NCBI GenBank assembly: GCA_048213135.1
Contig: PS015152.1
Location: forward strand, 9,807-64,393
Reading direction: 5' to 3'
Length of the DNA: 54,587 nt
DNA from: Reclinomonas americana ATCC 50394
Lineage: Eukaryota
The notes beneath the pieces were generated by a model. The model was given only the letters and a program-made list of their open reading frames with translations. It ran no database searches and was not told the origin of the DNA. Positions 20,051 to 32,618 of the stretch are shown here, in pieces. Within the stretch, counting starts at the first letter, position 1; each line of letters opens with the position of its first letter. A program made the position numbers and the translations under genes.

Positions 20051-23000
20051 CTCGTGCACTTCCTTTGGCTGCACCACCACTTGCGTGTCTCGCGGATGTC
20101 CGCACTGCAGAGAACGGGTGAGTTTGCACAGCCAGCCCTTTGTGAACAAGGGATACGGCTGACACACACCTGGCCGAATTCGTTGCTGCCAAACACAAAC
20201 AGCTTCTTCAAGCTGGTGGTGACAGCCGTGTGACCAAAGCCAGCAGTGATGCAGCGGATTTCGAACTTGTCCAGGGCCACCACGCGGGTGAGCACCATGC
20301 ATACGTCCTCCCGACCGTGGCCTGCAGGGGAACAGGGGAAAGGGAGTGAGGGAGGGAGGAAGGGTGATTTGTGAGAGAATAGAGGAGGGAGGGAGGGAGA
20401 GAGGGAGGGAGAGAGAAGACTTTGCGAATGCAGAGTAGAATTGTCAGCAACTAAACAACATGAACAAAGAAGAGCACAATCACGACTGAACGCACTAAAC
20501 TGCTGCGGCGTCTCACTCTCATCCTGAAGAGAGAGATAAGGGGAGAAATAGAGGCAGAAGCTGCAACAAAATGCAGGTTGCGTAGTATAAACGATGCAAG
20601 AGGGACGCCTCCAAGAAATGAACAGTTGTGATGCTGATATTCTCCTTCACCCTCAGTCTCTCCATTCGAGTCTCATTCTTGTAAGAGAGAGAAAGTGAAG
20701 CAGAAACTGCAACACTGTGCAGATTGCAATCGATGACAGCAGGCAGAGCACAACCGCGTGTCCTCCACTGAAGTGCAGACAATTTTTTCTCTCTTTCTCC
20801 CTCTCTCTCTCCTTCTCAGGTTCGTCTCCTCATTATTGCATTGCGAGGTCATTCTCTTCCCCCTCCCCACTCCCTCCCCACTCTCTTCCCAGCCACGCAC
20901 CAGTGGCATAGCCTGCACCGCACGTGTAGACCTTCCAGTCGGCCGTGAGAACGACCGTGTGGTTGAAACCGCAGCGCACCTGCACAAGACACAATGAATA
21001 CCCGCAAAAAGAGATCCCTGCCCGCTTGCGCACGCACGCACGTTCATGAACTTGACGTCGTCGGGATTGGGAACGAGATGCGGCACGGTGACGTCAGTCA
21101 GACTGGCGCTGCTGAGCCCCAACTGCGTCGCACAGACAACGTGATTCACCAGCGCAAAGAACTGCAAGTCATCGAACTGCACACCTGTCCCATGCTCCCG
21201 TTTCCACACGTGTACAAATCACCCTGCTCGGTGATGAACGCTGAGTGCTCGTCGCCAGCCGCCATGTCGACAATGGCTGGATTACCGGGGATGCGAATGG
21301 GCAAGGCCTGCCAGATGCTCGATTGCTTCGTGTGGCCAACGCCCAGCTGCAACAACGCAAGCAAATTAAGGATGCCTTTTCCATGAGAGAAGACATTTGC
21401 ATGGCACGCAACTTGTCCCGACAAGTGTGAGCCAAAGCCGAAGAGGGTGCGTCCGTCGAGGAGAATGATGGTGTGGTCGCTCCCGCATGCGAATGTGGCG
21501 TTGTAGAAGCGGCCGGTGAATTGAGTGATTTCCGCGGGTGAGTACTGCAATGGAGAAGAAGGGGAAAGTGAGGGGAAGGGGAAAGGACATAGAAGAGAGA
21601 GAAAGGGAGGAGACGAGGGAGGGAAAGAGGAAGAGAATGCAAGGAGATGGGGAGAGAGATTAGACGAGGACAAGAGAGAGAAACATGTCAATAGTTCTCT
21701 CTCTATCTTTCTCTGTCTCTCTCTCTCTCTTCTCTCTCATCTCGCTCACTTCGACGCAACAATATACTCTCCCGTGGAATCCGGCGACAGACCGCACTGG
21801 CCGAGCGAGTTCTTTCCCCACGCCCACAGCGTCTTGTCGGAGGCCAGTGCAATGGTGTGTCTGCGTCACAATGATCAACACGAGTGCTTTGCAACGAGCG
21901 CACGGGCACGCCACTCACCGACCGCCGCACGCCACATCCACAATGCGCTTGTTGGAGAGGGCATTCACACGGCGTGGGAGCGTGACGTTGGTGGTGGCGC
22001 CGTGGCCGAGGCGGCCGTCGTCGCCGCAGCCTGTGGGGAGGAGATGATAAGGGCAAAGTTGTCAAAATGAGAACGAAGTGACATGCAATGAGAGGCAGAC
22101 GCAGAGAGATAGAATGAGAGAGCGCGCGAAAGGTGAGAGAGAGAGAGAGAGACAAACAGACGCGCATGCAGACAGGAAGTATGTGACAACAGCACGCATG
22201 TGTTACGATGCAGAGACGGAGACAGAGAGAGAGAGAGAGAGAGAGTGAGAGAGAGAGAGAGCGAGCAGACACGCAGGCAGACAGGAAGTATGCGACAACA
22301 GCACAATGCAGACAGAGGGAGAGAGACAGAGAGAAGGTCACGCGAGCAGGCAGGCAGACAGAAGCCAGTGAAAAGTGCACGCCTGTGATACAATACAGAT
22401 AGAGAGGGAGCGAGAGTGAAAGACCGAGTGAGTGAAATCGACAAGCAAGCAAACAACAAGAGGACCGAGACAGAGGAATTGAGTACACACACGAACAACG
22501 TGCACCACCAAGAGAGAGAGTGTAAGAGAGACTTGCAGCAAGAGGCAGCGTGAATGGAACTAAGGAAGACTGGCACGAGTGTTGACGACGACCCACGTAC
22601 CCCATGTAAACAGCTGTCCATTGTTGAGCAACGCAGCCGTGTGCATCTCGCCGCAGGCTGCAGATGCGCGCAGGTGAGGCACTGCAGCGAGAACGATCAC
22701 GGAACCAAATACGCACCAATCTTGGTCACTTGCTCGGCATCGATGCGCTCGATCATCGCGGGTGTGCACTGTATCTCTTCACCTGTGTGCAAAAGTCACA
22801 AGGTCAGCACCGAACTCATCAAGCCAGACTCTGTGCCTTCCCAAGGCACAATTCAAGCGACGTGCTCTTGTATTTCCACATGAAAGACACTAGGTGTGTG
22901 AAGTGCATATCTACCCTTCACGAGGCAGAAATGTAGAGGTGTGATGGGCGTCTGCTTCTGCTCTTGTGGACACCATTTGACTACGTCCTCACTGTGGGTT

Positions 23001-23573
23001 TTCGTAGGCGACGCACGCTGTGTGATTCACCTGGAAATGAACTCTCCCAGTCGTGCGCGCTTAAGATTTTCTTCGTGAAGGGGTTTGACTGACTGAACAC
23101 GCTCTTTCTTGTTCTCATGCTCTCTCTTTCTCACACGTGTGCACTCATACATGCGTGTGTGTGCATACTCGATCTTCCCATGTATCACGACAATCTTCAG
23201 TGACCTTCTCTGTCATGTGAGAGAACCCACCTTCGTACACAAAGCCCCGCTCCCCGTAGCCAGACCAGCCAAACACGTGCATCTGCGTAAGTGTTGAGAT
23301 AAGAGTGCACACAACATCAACACATGGCAGCGGTGGAGAGACCTTGGTTTTGGCTGCGCAGGAGGGAATGGAGTGAGTGGAGCGCAGGCGACATTGAGAA
23401 CCACAGCCACAAGAGATAGACCTTTCTTCGAATCGGGGAAGAACTCTTGCTTCTTGCGCACGTTGAACTGGGGTGGTCTCTCGCTGCACGGAATGATGAG
23501 CAGTGAACCGCGGATGTGGGAGAGTGCGGAGCGCACTTACCGACTGTGCACAGTCTCCAGGAACTTGCCCCAT
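20051..23573 (-). CDS. RCC1-repeat (RLD) protein, multi-exon, 3' end lost in a gap; possible first exon 24288-24344 (MASRSVGFASSVKGGTAED)
   Basis: Exons encode ACGEMHTAALLNNGQLFTWG, ACGSDHTIILLDGRTLFGFGSHLSGQLG, AAGDEHSAFITEQGDLYTCGNGSMGQLG, RCGFNHTVVLTADWKVYTCG and AGFGHTAV...LFVFGSNEFGQCG. Confidence 0.88.
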
Positions 23574-23838
23574 CTGAGGGAGGCCAATGACGGGTGAGAA
23601 GCAGTGGGGAAGGAAGGAGGGGACATGAGAAGAGTAAAGATCGGCAAGTGAGTGAGAAAGAGTCGCAGGTCAGAGGAGAAATAGAAAGACGGAGCATACG
23701 ATGAGAGAGAGAGATTGACAGGGTGTGAGAGAGACAGCGAGTGACAGAGCAAAACGGAAAGAATGCTGAGAGAGAAAGGCGGAGTGAACCAGAGACAAAC
23801 TGGCAGAAGTACGATGAGTGACACACAGACAGACATAC

Positions 23839-23882
<44 letters not shown>

Positions 23883-24607
23883 AGAGAGAGTGTCTACAGA
23901 GAGTCACANNNNNNNNNNNNNNNNNNNNNNNNNNNNNNNNNNNNNNNNNNNNNNNNNNNNNNNNNNNNNNNNNNNNNNNNNNNNNNNNNNNNNNNNNNNN
24001 NNNNNNNNNNNNNNNNNNNNNNNNNNNNNNNNNNNNNNNNNNNNNNNNNNNNNNNNNNNNNNNNNNNNNNNNNNNNNNNNNNNNNNNNNNNNNNNNNNNN
24101 NNNNNNNNNNNNNNNNNNNNNNNNNNNNNNNNNNNNNNNNNNNNNNNNNNNNNNNNNNNNNNNNNNNNNNNNNNNNNNNNNNNNNNNNNNNNNNNNNNNN
24201 NNNNNNNNNNNNNNNNNNNNNNNNNNNNNNNNNNNNNNNNNNNNNNNNNNNNNNNNNNNNNNNNNNNNNNNNNNNNNNNNNNNNNNNGTCCTCGGCGGTG
24301 CCGCCTTTGACGGAGCTGGCAAAGCCCACGGAGCGCGAGGCCATGTCGTGTGTAATGTAAAACGTCTTTGTGTAACACGTCATTTTGTCCATTTGTCCAC
24401 TTGATATCCAACGACCCATCGCCCATCATAGCCAGCAGCAATCATCGATGAATCCATCGACAGCAGCAGGTGGTGTCCCCACAGAGACAAATAAAGGAGA
24501 GAGAGAGAGGGATCTCAGAGGGCGTGCAACGTCGTCGTGTCCTCCGCTTTTCATTGTCCTTTTTACTGTATTGTCCCTTCCGACGCACGAGAACTCGAGT
24601 CAATCAC

Positions 24608-25734
24608 ATGGCCATGAAGGTAATACATCGACTTTGCTTTGTCGCTGACGCATTGTTTTCTTAAGCAAGGCGTTCTTTTGAAGCAAGGTTCTGCGAGGCC
24701 ACACAGGTGGGGTGTATGCAGTGGCTGTGACACCCGATGGCCAACACATTGTGAGTGGCAGTGGGGACCGTACTGTACGGGTGTGGTCGCTGGCAAGTGG
24801 CGAGGAGGTGCAACGACTGACTGGCAGCTTGAACACGAGTTGGGTGTGGGCGGTGGCAGTGACACCCGATGGGCAACACATCGTGAGTGGCGGTGGGGAC
24901 CGTACTGTACGCGTATGGTCGCTGGCAAGTGGCGGCGAGGTGCGCCGACTGAAAGGCCACACGAATCAGGTGAATGCAGTGGCCGTGACACCCGATGGCC
25001 AGTGCATTGTTAGTGGCAGTGGGGACCGGACAGTACGGGTTTGGTCGCTGGCAAGTGGGGAAGAGGTGCGCCGACTGACTGGTGATTTGGTCACGGGTTG
25101 GGCGAATGCAGTGGCAGTGACACCCGATGGGCAGCACATTGTTAGTGGCAGTTATGACAATACTGTACGGGTGTGGTCGGTGGCAAGTGGCGAGGAGGTG
25201 CGCCAAATGAAAGGCCACACGGTAGGGGTGCACGCAGTGGCAGTGACACCCGATGGCCAGCACATTGTGAGTGGCAGTTGGGACAGGACTGTACGAGTGT
25301 GGTCGCTGGCCAGCGGCGTGGAGGTGCTCCGACTGGAAGGCCACGCAGCTGTGGAAGCAGTAGCAGTGACACCCGATGGCCAGCACATTGTGAGTGGCAG
25401 TAGGGACAATACTGTACGGGTGTGGTCACTGGCAAGCGGCGAGGAGGTGCGACGATTGGAAGGCCACACTGGTAGAGTGTGTGCAATGGCAGTGACACCC
25501 GATGGCCAGCACATTGTCAGTGGCAGTGAAGACAAGACTGTGCGGGTGTGGCCCACGACGCGCGGTCATGCACATGCCGAGCTGCAGGCCGCCACCGCGG
25601 CCCACCACGCCATACTCGAGAGCCAGCCAGCGAGTGATGCTGTCGGCGACCAGCGATGTCTCGTGGAGATTGTGCTGCGGTGCTTCATCAGCGAGGATGC
25701 GAGAGTCGTGCTCTTCCGTTCCCCAATCTTTTGA
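24608..25734 (+). CDS. WD40 family relative with highly homogenised repeats; likely micro-exon 24608-24619 (MAMK) plus exon 24688-25734
   Basis: An in-frame TGA at 24679 requires splicing (GTAATA...AAG intron 24620-24687); seven near-identical AVAVTPDGQHIVSGSxDxTVRVWSLASG repeats; tail CLVEIVLRCFISEDARVVLFR. Confidence 0.85.
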
Positions 25735-25874
25735 GTTCGCAATATATGTTGGTCTCCATTCGTTGTGCTTTTTGTTTAGAGAGGGGAGACTGCGAGCTCA
25801 TCGTCTCCGTCGAACCCCCTTCTCCTTCTCCACCTCCACACAATATCACCTTCCTTCACTTTCCCCACCCCCTC

Positions 25875-26816
25875 TCACTTGCACACACTCAACTGCTCCT
25901 CCCCACGAAGCACCCGCCGGCACAACTCCGCCAACAACACATCCTGCCTCTCACCATCCGCCCTCAACTGCGCCATTTGCACAACCAACGCCGCCAGCTC
26001 CTCGTCGTTTTCAACGGCCTCCTTCTCCTTCTCCACCTCCACCACCTTCTCCTTCTCCTTCTCCACCTCCTGCACCTGCACATCCTCCACCATTCTCCTC
26101 TCCTCCTTCTTCACCAGCATCGACTCCCTGTCCGCCAAATGCCCCGGCAGCGGCCGCGACCTCGCTTGCGTTCGCTTCCGTTGCGGCTCGTCATCAGGCG
26201 CCTCCGCCTCGTCAATACGCCACATTGCCCTGGCCTTCTCCTCCTCCTCCTCCGAATCCTCGTCATTCTCCACGTGCACTATCCCCAGCATCATGGACGC
26301 CAGTACCCGCGCTTCCACCAGCTTTGCCAGCTCGTTGTGGTGATAGAAACGCGCCATTTGCGCCGGCGAACGCCCACTGTCGTCGAGCATCTCGCACATG
26401 TTCGGAAACGCCAACATCAGCATTTCGGCCACCTCCGTATGCCCGTTGGCGCAGGCCACGTGGAGCGCCGTCTGCTCTCCCCTGCGGAGTTTTCCCATGC
26501 GTTCCGAGCAGCGATGCGGATCCGCCAGCAGCCACTTGACGACGTTGGCGTGTCCATTGCGCGCGGCCGCCGTCAGTGGCGACACGTGGTGGAGGGAGCT
26601 GAGGCCGGCCAGCCACGGGCCCATGCTCGTCTCGTTCCACAGGAACTCGAGAATGTGCAAGTGGCCGGCCTCGGCGGCGTAGCGGTACGGGCTCATGCCC
26701 TTGGTCGACTCTTCGATGATGGTGGAGGAGGCCGAGGGGGAGGAGTTCACGAGGGCGCGCAGGCCGCTGAGGTCGCCGGCGTGGGCGAGTTCCCAGGCGG
26801 CTTTTTCGCCGAGCTT
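25875..26816 (-). CDS. Ankyrin-repeat protein with acidic/coiled-coil C-terminus (main exon; 5' exons and exact 3' end unresolved)
   Basis: SPYRYAAEAGHLHILEFL, SPLTAAARNGHANVVKWLL, TALHVACANGHTEVAEML, GRSPAQMA; CAG acceptor at 26817-26819 after a pyrimidine tract. Confidence 0.82.
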   Translation of the reverse strand, partial: KLGEKAAWELAHAGDLSGLRALVNSSPSASSTIIEESTKGMSPYRYAAEAGHLHILEFLWNETSMGPWLAGLSSLHHVSPLTAAARNGHANVVKWLLADPHRCSERMGKLRRGEQTALHVACANGHTEVAEMLMLAFPNMCEMLDDSGRSPAQMARFYHHNELAKLVEARVLASMMLGIVHVENDEDSEEEEEKARAMWRIDEAEAPDDEPQRKRTQARSRPLPGHLADRESMLVKKEERRMVEDVQVQEVEKEKEKVVEVEKEKEAVENDEELAALVVQMAQLRADGERQDVLLAELCRRVLRGEEQLSVCK

Positions 26817-26929
26817 CTGCAGAGGAGGGGGAGAAGAGGGAAAGGGGCGAAGCGAGAAGGGAGGGGGAGAAGGAGAAAGAGGGTGAGGAGGAGGAGGAGG
26901 AGGAGAAGGACGAGGAGAAGAGGATTGGC

Positions 26930-27360
26930 ATAGGAAGAAGAAGACCAAGAAGAACAAGAACAAGAAGAGGAGGAGGAGAAGAAAGAGAACAACAACAAGT
27001 ATATGATGATGATGATGGAGAAGGGGCAGGAGGAGGAGAAAGAGACGGAGGAGGAGGAGGAGGAGGAGAAAGAGACGGAGGAGGAGGAGGAGGAGAAAGA
27101 GACGGAGGAGGAGGAGAAGAGAAGAAGAAGAAGAAGAAGAAGAAGAAGAAGAAGAAGAAGAAGAACAAGAACAAGAAGAAGAGAATTACCAGAACAAGAA
27201 CGCGAAGAGGAAGAAAGAAGAAGAGAAGAAGAACAAGAACAAGATCAAGAAGAAAGAGGAGGAGAAGAAAAAGAACAACAACAAGTATATGATGATGATG
27301 ATGAAGAAGGGGCAGGAGGAGGAGAAAGAGACGGAGGAGGAGGAGGAGAAGAAGAAGAAA
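26930..27360. repeat. GAA/GAG microsatellite tract with an internal duplication of about 70 bp
   Basis: (GAA)n at about 27118-27170; AACAACAACAAGTATATGATGATGATGATG...AAGAGACGGAGGAGG occurs at about 26988 and about 27274. Confidence 0.75.
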
Positions 27361-27971
27361 GATCTAGAGGAGGAATCGCTCGACACGCTTCCGGCGCACT
27401 GAATGCCTCTCTTGTTTCTCAGTGAGAAAGACGCAACCCTTTCAACCCTTGAAAACGGGTTCAGCGACGCCTCAGAAGCTGCACGGGGAAAGCACAGTGA
27501 GAAAAACAAGAAAGAGGACACTGAAACTCTGACAGTCTTTTCACTCACAAACATCATTCTTCCTTTAAACTCTTTCTCTCTCTCTCACACACACACACAC
27601 TCGCTCTCTCTCTCTCTCACTCACACTCACGCTCATCCTTCACATGTACAGAAATGTCTTTTTTTCTTGCATTTTCCCTCATTTTTCCTTGCTTTTTCTC
27701 ATAGCTTCTTCTGTTCCACTCTCTCCCCCTTGTCCTCTCACTCACACACTCACTCACATACACTTCACTCACACGCACACACTCTGCAAACTTCACATGT
27801 CCCCTCATTTTTCTTGCATTTTCTCACAGCCTATCTTGCACACCTCTCTCTCACACACTCTCGCTGTCACACACACCCTTCTTCTCATCACTAGCGCCAA
27901 AGAACGCCATTTTTTGAGTTTTCGTGTTCGTCCCGCGGAAAAACCACAGGACCTCTTTTTTCTCACAAACA

Positions 27972-30571
27972 ATGCACGTGTTTGACTTTCTCCGCGCCTA
28001 TCTCTGCGGCAGTCGCTTGCCGGCGCTTCGTGCCACGCTGCTCGCCGTGCTGCACGACGCAGAAGGAGAAGAAAGCGACGTCGCACAAAAAGACGACGTC
28101 GAGGTGTCGCGTGTATTGTTTGAGCAGGTGGCTCCCTTTCTCATGTGGTGTCTGTGTGTACACACTCATTGTGTGTCTCTCTCTCTCTTCTGCAGGTGAT
28201 TGATTGTGATCTTGCGCGTCGTTTTCCGCCTTCTTTGCGGCAACGTCGCAAAGCGATCAAGTTGATTGTGGATGAGCTTGAGCAGAGAGGTTAGTGAATC
28301 TTGCACATTGTTTACTCTCTCATTGCATAATCTCTCAAGGTGCATGCATTTTTCTCAGTCTGTCAATGTCTCTGCTTCTTCTTATCTTCTTCTGCTTCTT
28401 CTTCTGCTTCTTCTTCTTCTCCTCCTCCTCCTTCTCCTCTTGTTTTTCTTCTTCTTCTTCCTCTCCTTCTTCTTCTTCTTCTTCTTCTCTCTCTCTCTTC
28501 TTCTTCTTCTTCTCCTTCTCCTTCTCCTTCTCCTTCTCCACTGTATCCACCTCGTCATCCGTCTCCTCCTCCTCTTTCTCTTCCTTTCCTCCTTCTTCCA
28601 ATCTCCAGTTCTCAATCTCCTTCACCCTCCAGCTGTTCGTCTCTCTTCTGCTCTCAGTCGCTCTCTCCTGCACCCTCTCAGTCTTTCTTTCCTCTTTTCA
28701 TTTCAGAGTTTGCTTCCTGCCCTGCTTCACTGCTTCTCCTCTTCTTCTTTTTGCGCTCTCCAGCTCAGTCCCTCAGTCACCCTCCTTCGCCGTTCTCATG
28801 TGTGTGCTCCTGTTTCCTTCGCTCTCCTTTTCTGCCTCCCTCCTATTCTCTCCGTCTTCCTCGTTCTGTCTCACTCCTTCTTTCCTTTAGTCTCTTTCAC
28901 CGGCCTGCAGCTTGTCTCGTGTACCTTCTGTCTCTCTCTCTCTCTCATGTTCTCTCTGTCTCTGTGCCTTGCACTCCCTCAGCCTCCGTTTCCTTCACCA
29001 CAGTCTCCCTCCCCTGCACCCTCTTCCTTGCCTCTCGCTCTCTCTCTCTCTCTGACGCCTTGTTGCAGGCATTGAGGTGTTCGAGCGAGTGTACGAGGAG
29101 TATTTGACGGCGATCTCGGAATCGCAAGCGGAGGGTGACGAAGTGGCTGAGTTGTGAGTGGGAGATGGCATGGAGCAGGCAAATGTTCCATTTGCCTCCA
29201 TGTATCCATCTCTCGCTCGCACGCGTGGAGTCTCATTATTCTTCCACTGTCTCTCTTTCGTGCTGCTGCAATCACGTTGCCGCAGGAAGCACACTCAGTG
29301 TCTCCCATTCTGGCTTTCCACTCATGTCACTTACCCGTCCATTTTCCCTTTTCCTTCCCCCTGTTCCTTCGCGCCTTTACCCCTTTCCCCTCTCCCCTCT
29401 CCTTCCTTCCCCCTCGCCTTCTTTCCCCCTTCTCCCTTTCCCTCCTTTTTCCCCTGTTCCTTCCTCCTATTCCTTCCCCCTGTTCCTTCCCACCTGTTCC
29501 TTCCCCCTGTTCCTTCCCCCTGTTCCTTCCCCCTGTTCCTTCCCCCTGTTCCTTCCTTCTGTTCCTTCCTTCTGTTCCTTCCCCCCTCTCCTCCCCCCTT
29601 CACCTTCCCCTCTTCACCTCCCCCCTCTCCTTCCTTCCCCCTTCCCCCTTTCCCCCTCCCCTTCCCCTCACCCTTCGCCTCTCGCCAGACTTATCCACCG
29701 TGTATTCTTCTTGTCCCCGGTACACTACTTTGTAGTGCGCAGCTCGGAAGGTTCATCCTCCTTCCCCCTTTGCCCCTTCCCCCCTTCCCTCCTTTCCCAT
29801 TTCTCACACACCCACACACAGTCTTCAGCAACATCGCCTTCTTCTGCTGGGAGGGCGGCTTCTACCTCTCCGAGTTCGCCTTTGATCAACGCGAGCTCTT
29901 TCGTGGCAAGCGGGTGCTGGTGAGCACGCACATTGTTTACCAAGCAAGCCTCCTCCCTCACCACCCTTTCCCCATCTCATTTGCAGGAACTCGGCGCCGG
30001 CAGCGGCATCACCGGCATCCCACTGGCGCTGACCAACGACGTCAACTCGGTGGTGCTCACCGAGTGCCGGCCCGACATTCTCAAGAACCTGGAAGACAAC
30101 TTGGCGCTCAGTTGCGCTGCCTGCCTTTTTTGCCTCCTTTCTTTTTTTCCCAGTCTCTCACCGCACCCCCCGCGCCCCTCCACAGACAACCTCGCGCCCC
30201 CTCGCTGCCTCGTGCGCCACCTCGACTGGTGCGACACGACGCCCGCCGAAGTCGACGACCTCGCCACCGACGTCAACATCATTCTGGCCGCCGACTGCGT
30301 CTACGACCCCGAGTTGGCGGTCTCGCTGGCCAATGTCACTGCCGCACTCCTCACTGCGCCCACCGCGGCCGCCGACTGCGTGGCGTACTTTTCGGTGACA
30401 CGACGCAACCCGGTCACACTGCAGCGGTGGAGGAGTCGGCTGGTCGACGATCATGGCCTGCAGTGCGAACGTTTCGAGTGGGCAGGGGCGGCGGATCCCG
30501 CCAAGAGACCACTGGCGTATGCGTACACCGGGTTTGAGATTGACTTGTGGAGGGTGAGCAGCAGAAAGTAG
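27972..30571 (+). CDS. Protein-lysine methyltransferase, EEF2KMT/FAM86A-like (7-beta-strand family 16), 7 exons
   Basis: N-terminal FAM86-like segment (FPPSLRQRRKAIKLIVDELE), CWEGGFYLSEF, motif I KRVLELGAGSG, LDW, and IILAADCVYD (DxxY); TAG at 30569-30571. Confidence 0.8.
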
Positions 30572-30734
30572 AATTCTAGAATACAAGCACAATATAGACG
30601 CGCATTCACTTGCACCTCCACAAGAGGCCGCTGGCGTATGCGTACACCGGGTTTGAGATTGATTTGTGGAGGGTGAGCAGCAGGAATTAGAATACAAGCA
30701 CAAAAATAGACGCGCGTTCACTTGCACCTCCACA
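30512..30734 (+). repeat. Tandem duplication (period about 119 bp) of the methyltransferase 3' end and UTR
   Basis: CTGGCGTATGCGTACACCGGGTTTGAGATTGA...CACTTGCACCTCCACAA at 30512 and 30631. Confidence 0.9.
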
Positions 30735-30967
30735 ACTACAGCTATATCCAGCAAAAATTCCACAGCAATGTACAACCCACCCGCGACAAGGAGGGTGGCG
30801 TCATGAGATCAAAAAAAAAACAACAACAAGAATGGAGGCGTGAAGCGCCCACCACGCAGAAAGGGGAGAGAGTATGCGTGGGGCAATTACATAGCATCGA
30901 GGGCGAAGAAAATGCACAGACGCTGGCGACACGGCGCACAGCGTGTTAGAGAGAGAGAGTGAGTTGT

Positions 30968-31541
30968 TTAGTGGGAGCCACTGGAGGCCACCACCTGCTG
31001 GCATCCGTACAGGCCAGTGGCCGCGTCGGCAACGCACAGCTGCTGCGGTCCGCACTCGTCGTGCGTCGTCCACTGCAAAACGTGGTCCGCGTCGTCAACG
31101 TCGGCACCACTCGCCGTGCGCACCCCCGTGCCGTGCAGGCCACCAAAGCGGCACGACTGGAAGCGTCGTTGGTCGCTCGAACACCGCACCGCACCGTGCT
31201 CGGAGCAGGGAGCTGGGCAAGCAGTGATGGTTGAGAAGGAGAAGGAGGAGGAGGAGGAAGAAGAAGAGTTGACGGTGGGCTCACCAAGCACTTCAAATGG
31301 CTGGCGCTGGTCGGCCTCGTGGGGGCGCACAATGAGGTGCACGAGACGCTCGTCGTCGGTCGCCGGGCTGCCGACGTACACGTGCACGTCAAAGGCCGCG
31401 TCTTGCATGTTGGCGTGGCGGAAGCAAATGGCCGAGTCGCCGCGGGCGGATTGGCAGACTTCGAAGGCGGGGGCGTCTACGTTGGGGAAAGGAGGGTGTA
31501 AGTGACGAGAGGCAGGGGGGTAAGGGCAAAGACGGGGAAGC

Positions 31542-31599
<58 letters not shown>

Positions 31600-32618
31600 T
31601 GTGATTGTTGAGGTGAACATTGCAAGGACAGATGAGAGGAAGACAATGAGAGACGCCGAGGGCTGCAACGCGAGCCAGCAACAGAGTTGCAAATGGGGGA
31701 AAAGGGGAGGTGGGCAACGGTGAGGGAGAGCGGAGAGATTTCCGTTCTTGTGATGACTGCGATGTACAAAAGCAGTGGAGAAAGAAAAGTGCATTTGGCA
31801 AGGGCTTCTGAGGTGGGTAGAAAGTGAGTGAGGTGAGCGGAGGGAGAGGGCGAGAGAGGTAAAGAGAGACAGACGAGAAACCGCGAAGGACGGAGGAAGC
31901 AAGAGTGGTGGAAGAATGTAAGAGAAAGCAGACTAGTGCCAGGAAGAAGATGTTTGCGCCTAACACACAAGCAACAGCAGGCGATATCCAATGATACAGC
32001 AAGTATTGACCGAGTAAGTTGGTTATGTAGACAGGAAGGTCTACAGTGCACCGAACGGCATCAATATAGAAAAGTGTGGCACATCGACAGCAACGGAGTG
32101 TGCGTGTGTGCGGAAGAGAGAGAGACACACACACAGAGAGAGAGCGTGCAGGAAATGAGAGGGAGAGAGTGAAATTTCAGGTGTCATCAATAAAGAGGGG
32201 TCAATAAATGCAACGGAATGCACCCGACTCTCGCACACAAGAGAGAATGTGTGCGAGTGTGTGGGTGAATGTGTGAATGAATGGCAAGAGAGAGAGACAA
32301 GAGAGTGCGTGTACATGCGTGTGCGCGAGACACACAAAAGAAAATGTGTCTTGTGTGCGTCTCTCTCTCTCTCTTTCCCTCTCCCTCTCCCTCTCACACG
32401 CAACTATCACCGCCGGCGATTCTCAATGACGTGGCACCGGGCCACACGGCCGCCGCCGTCGCCACAAAGTGATGCGCCACACGCGTCGGTGACTCATACG
32501 TCAGCTCCACCACACCATGCACCGCTGCTGCTGTTGATGGTGATGCTCTTGCAGTGCACGCAATGAGCGCGGCGACGACGACGACGACGAGGAAGAAAAG
32601 CAGGTGTGCTTGGCGCAT
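30968..32618 (-). CDS. Secreted protein with C-terminal 6-Cys CBM19-like module (exons 32411-32618, 31285-31476, 30968-31212)
   Basis: Signal peptide MRQAHLLFFLVVVVVAALIACTARA; in-frame GT-AG joins; CSEHGAVRCSSDQRRFQSC...W...EC...LC...GC. Confidence 0.65.

Noticed and set aside
28266-29923. Leu/Ser/Pro/Phe-rich ORFs that look membrane-like (also at 18.0-18.9 and 47.6-48.3 kb)
   Set aside because: Translations of intronic pyrimidine microsatellites lying between supported exons.
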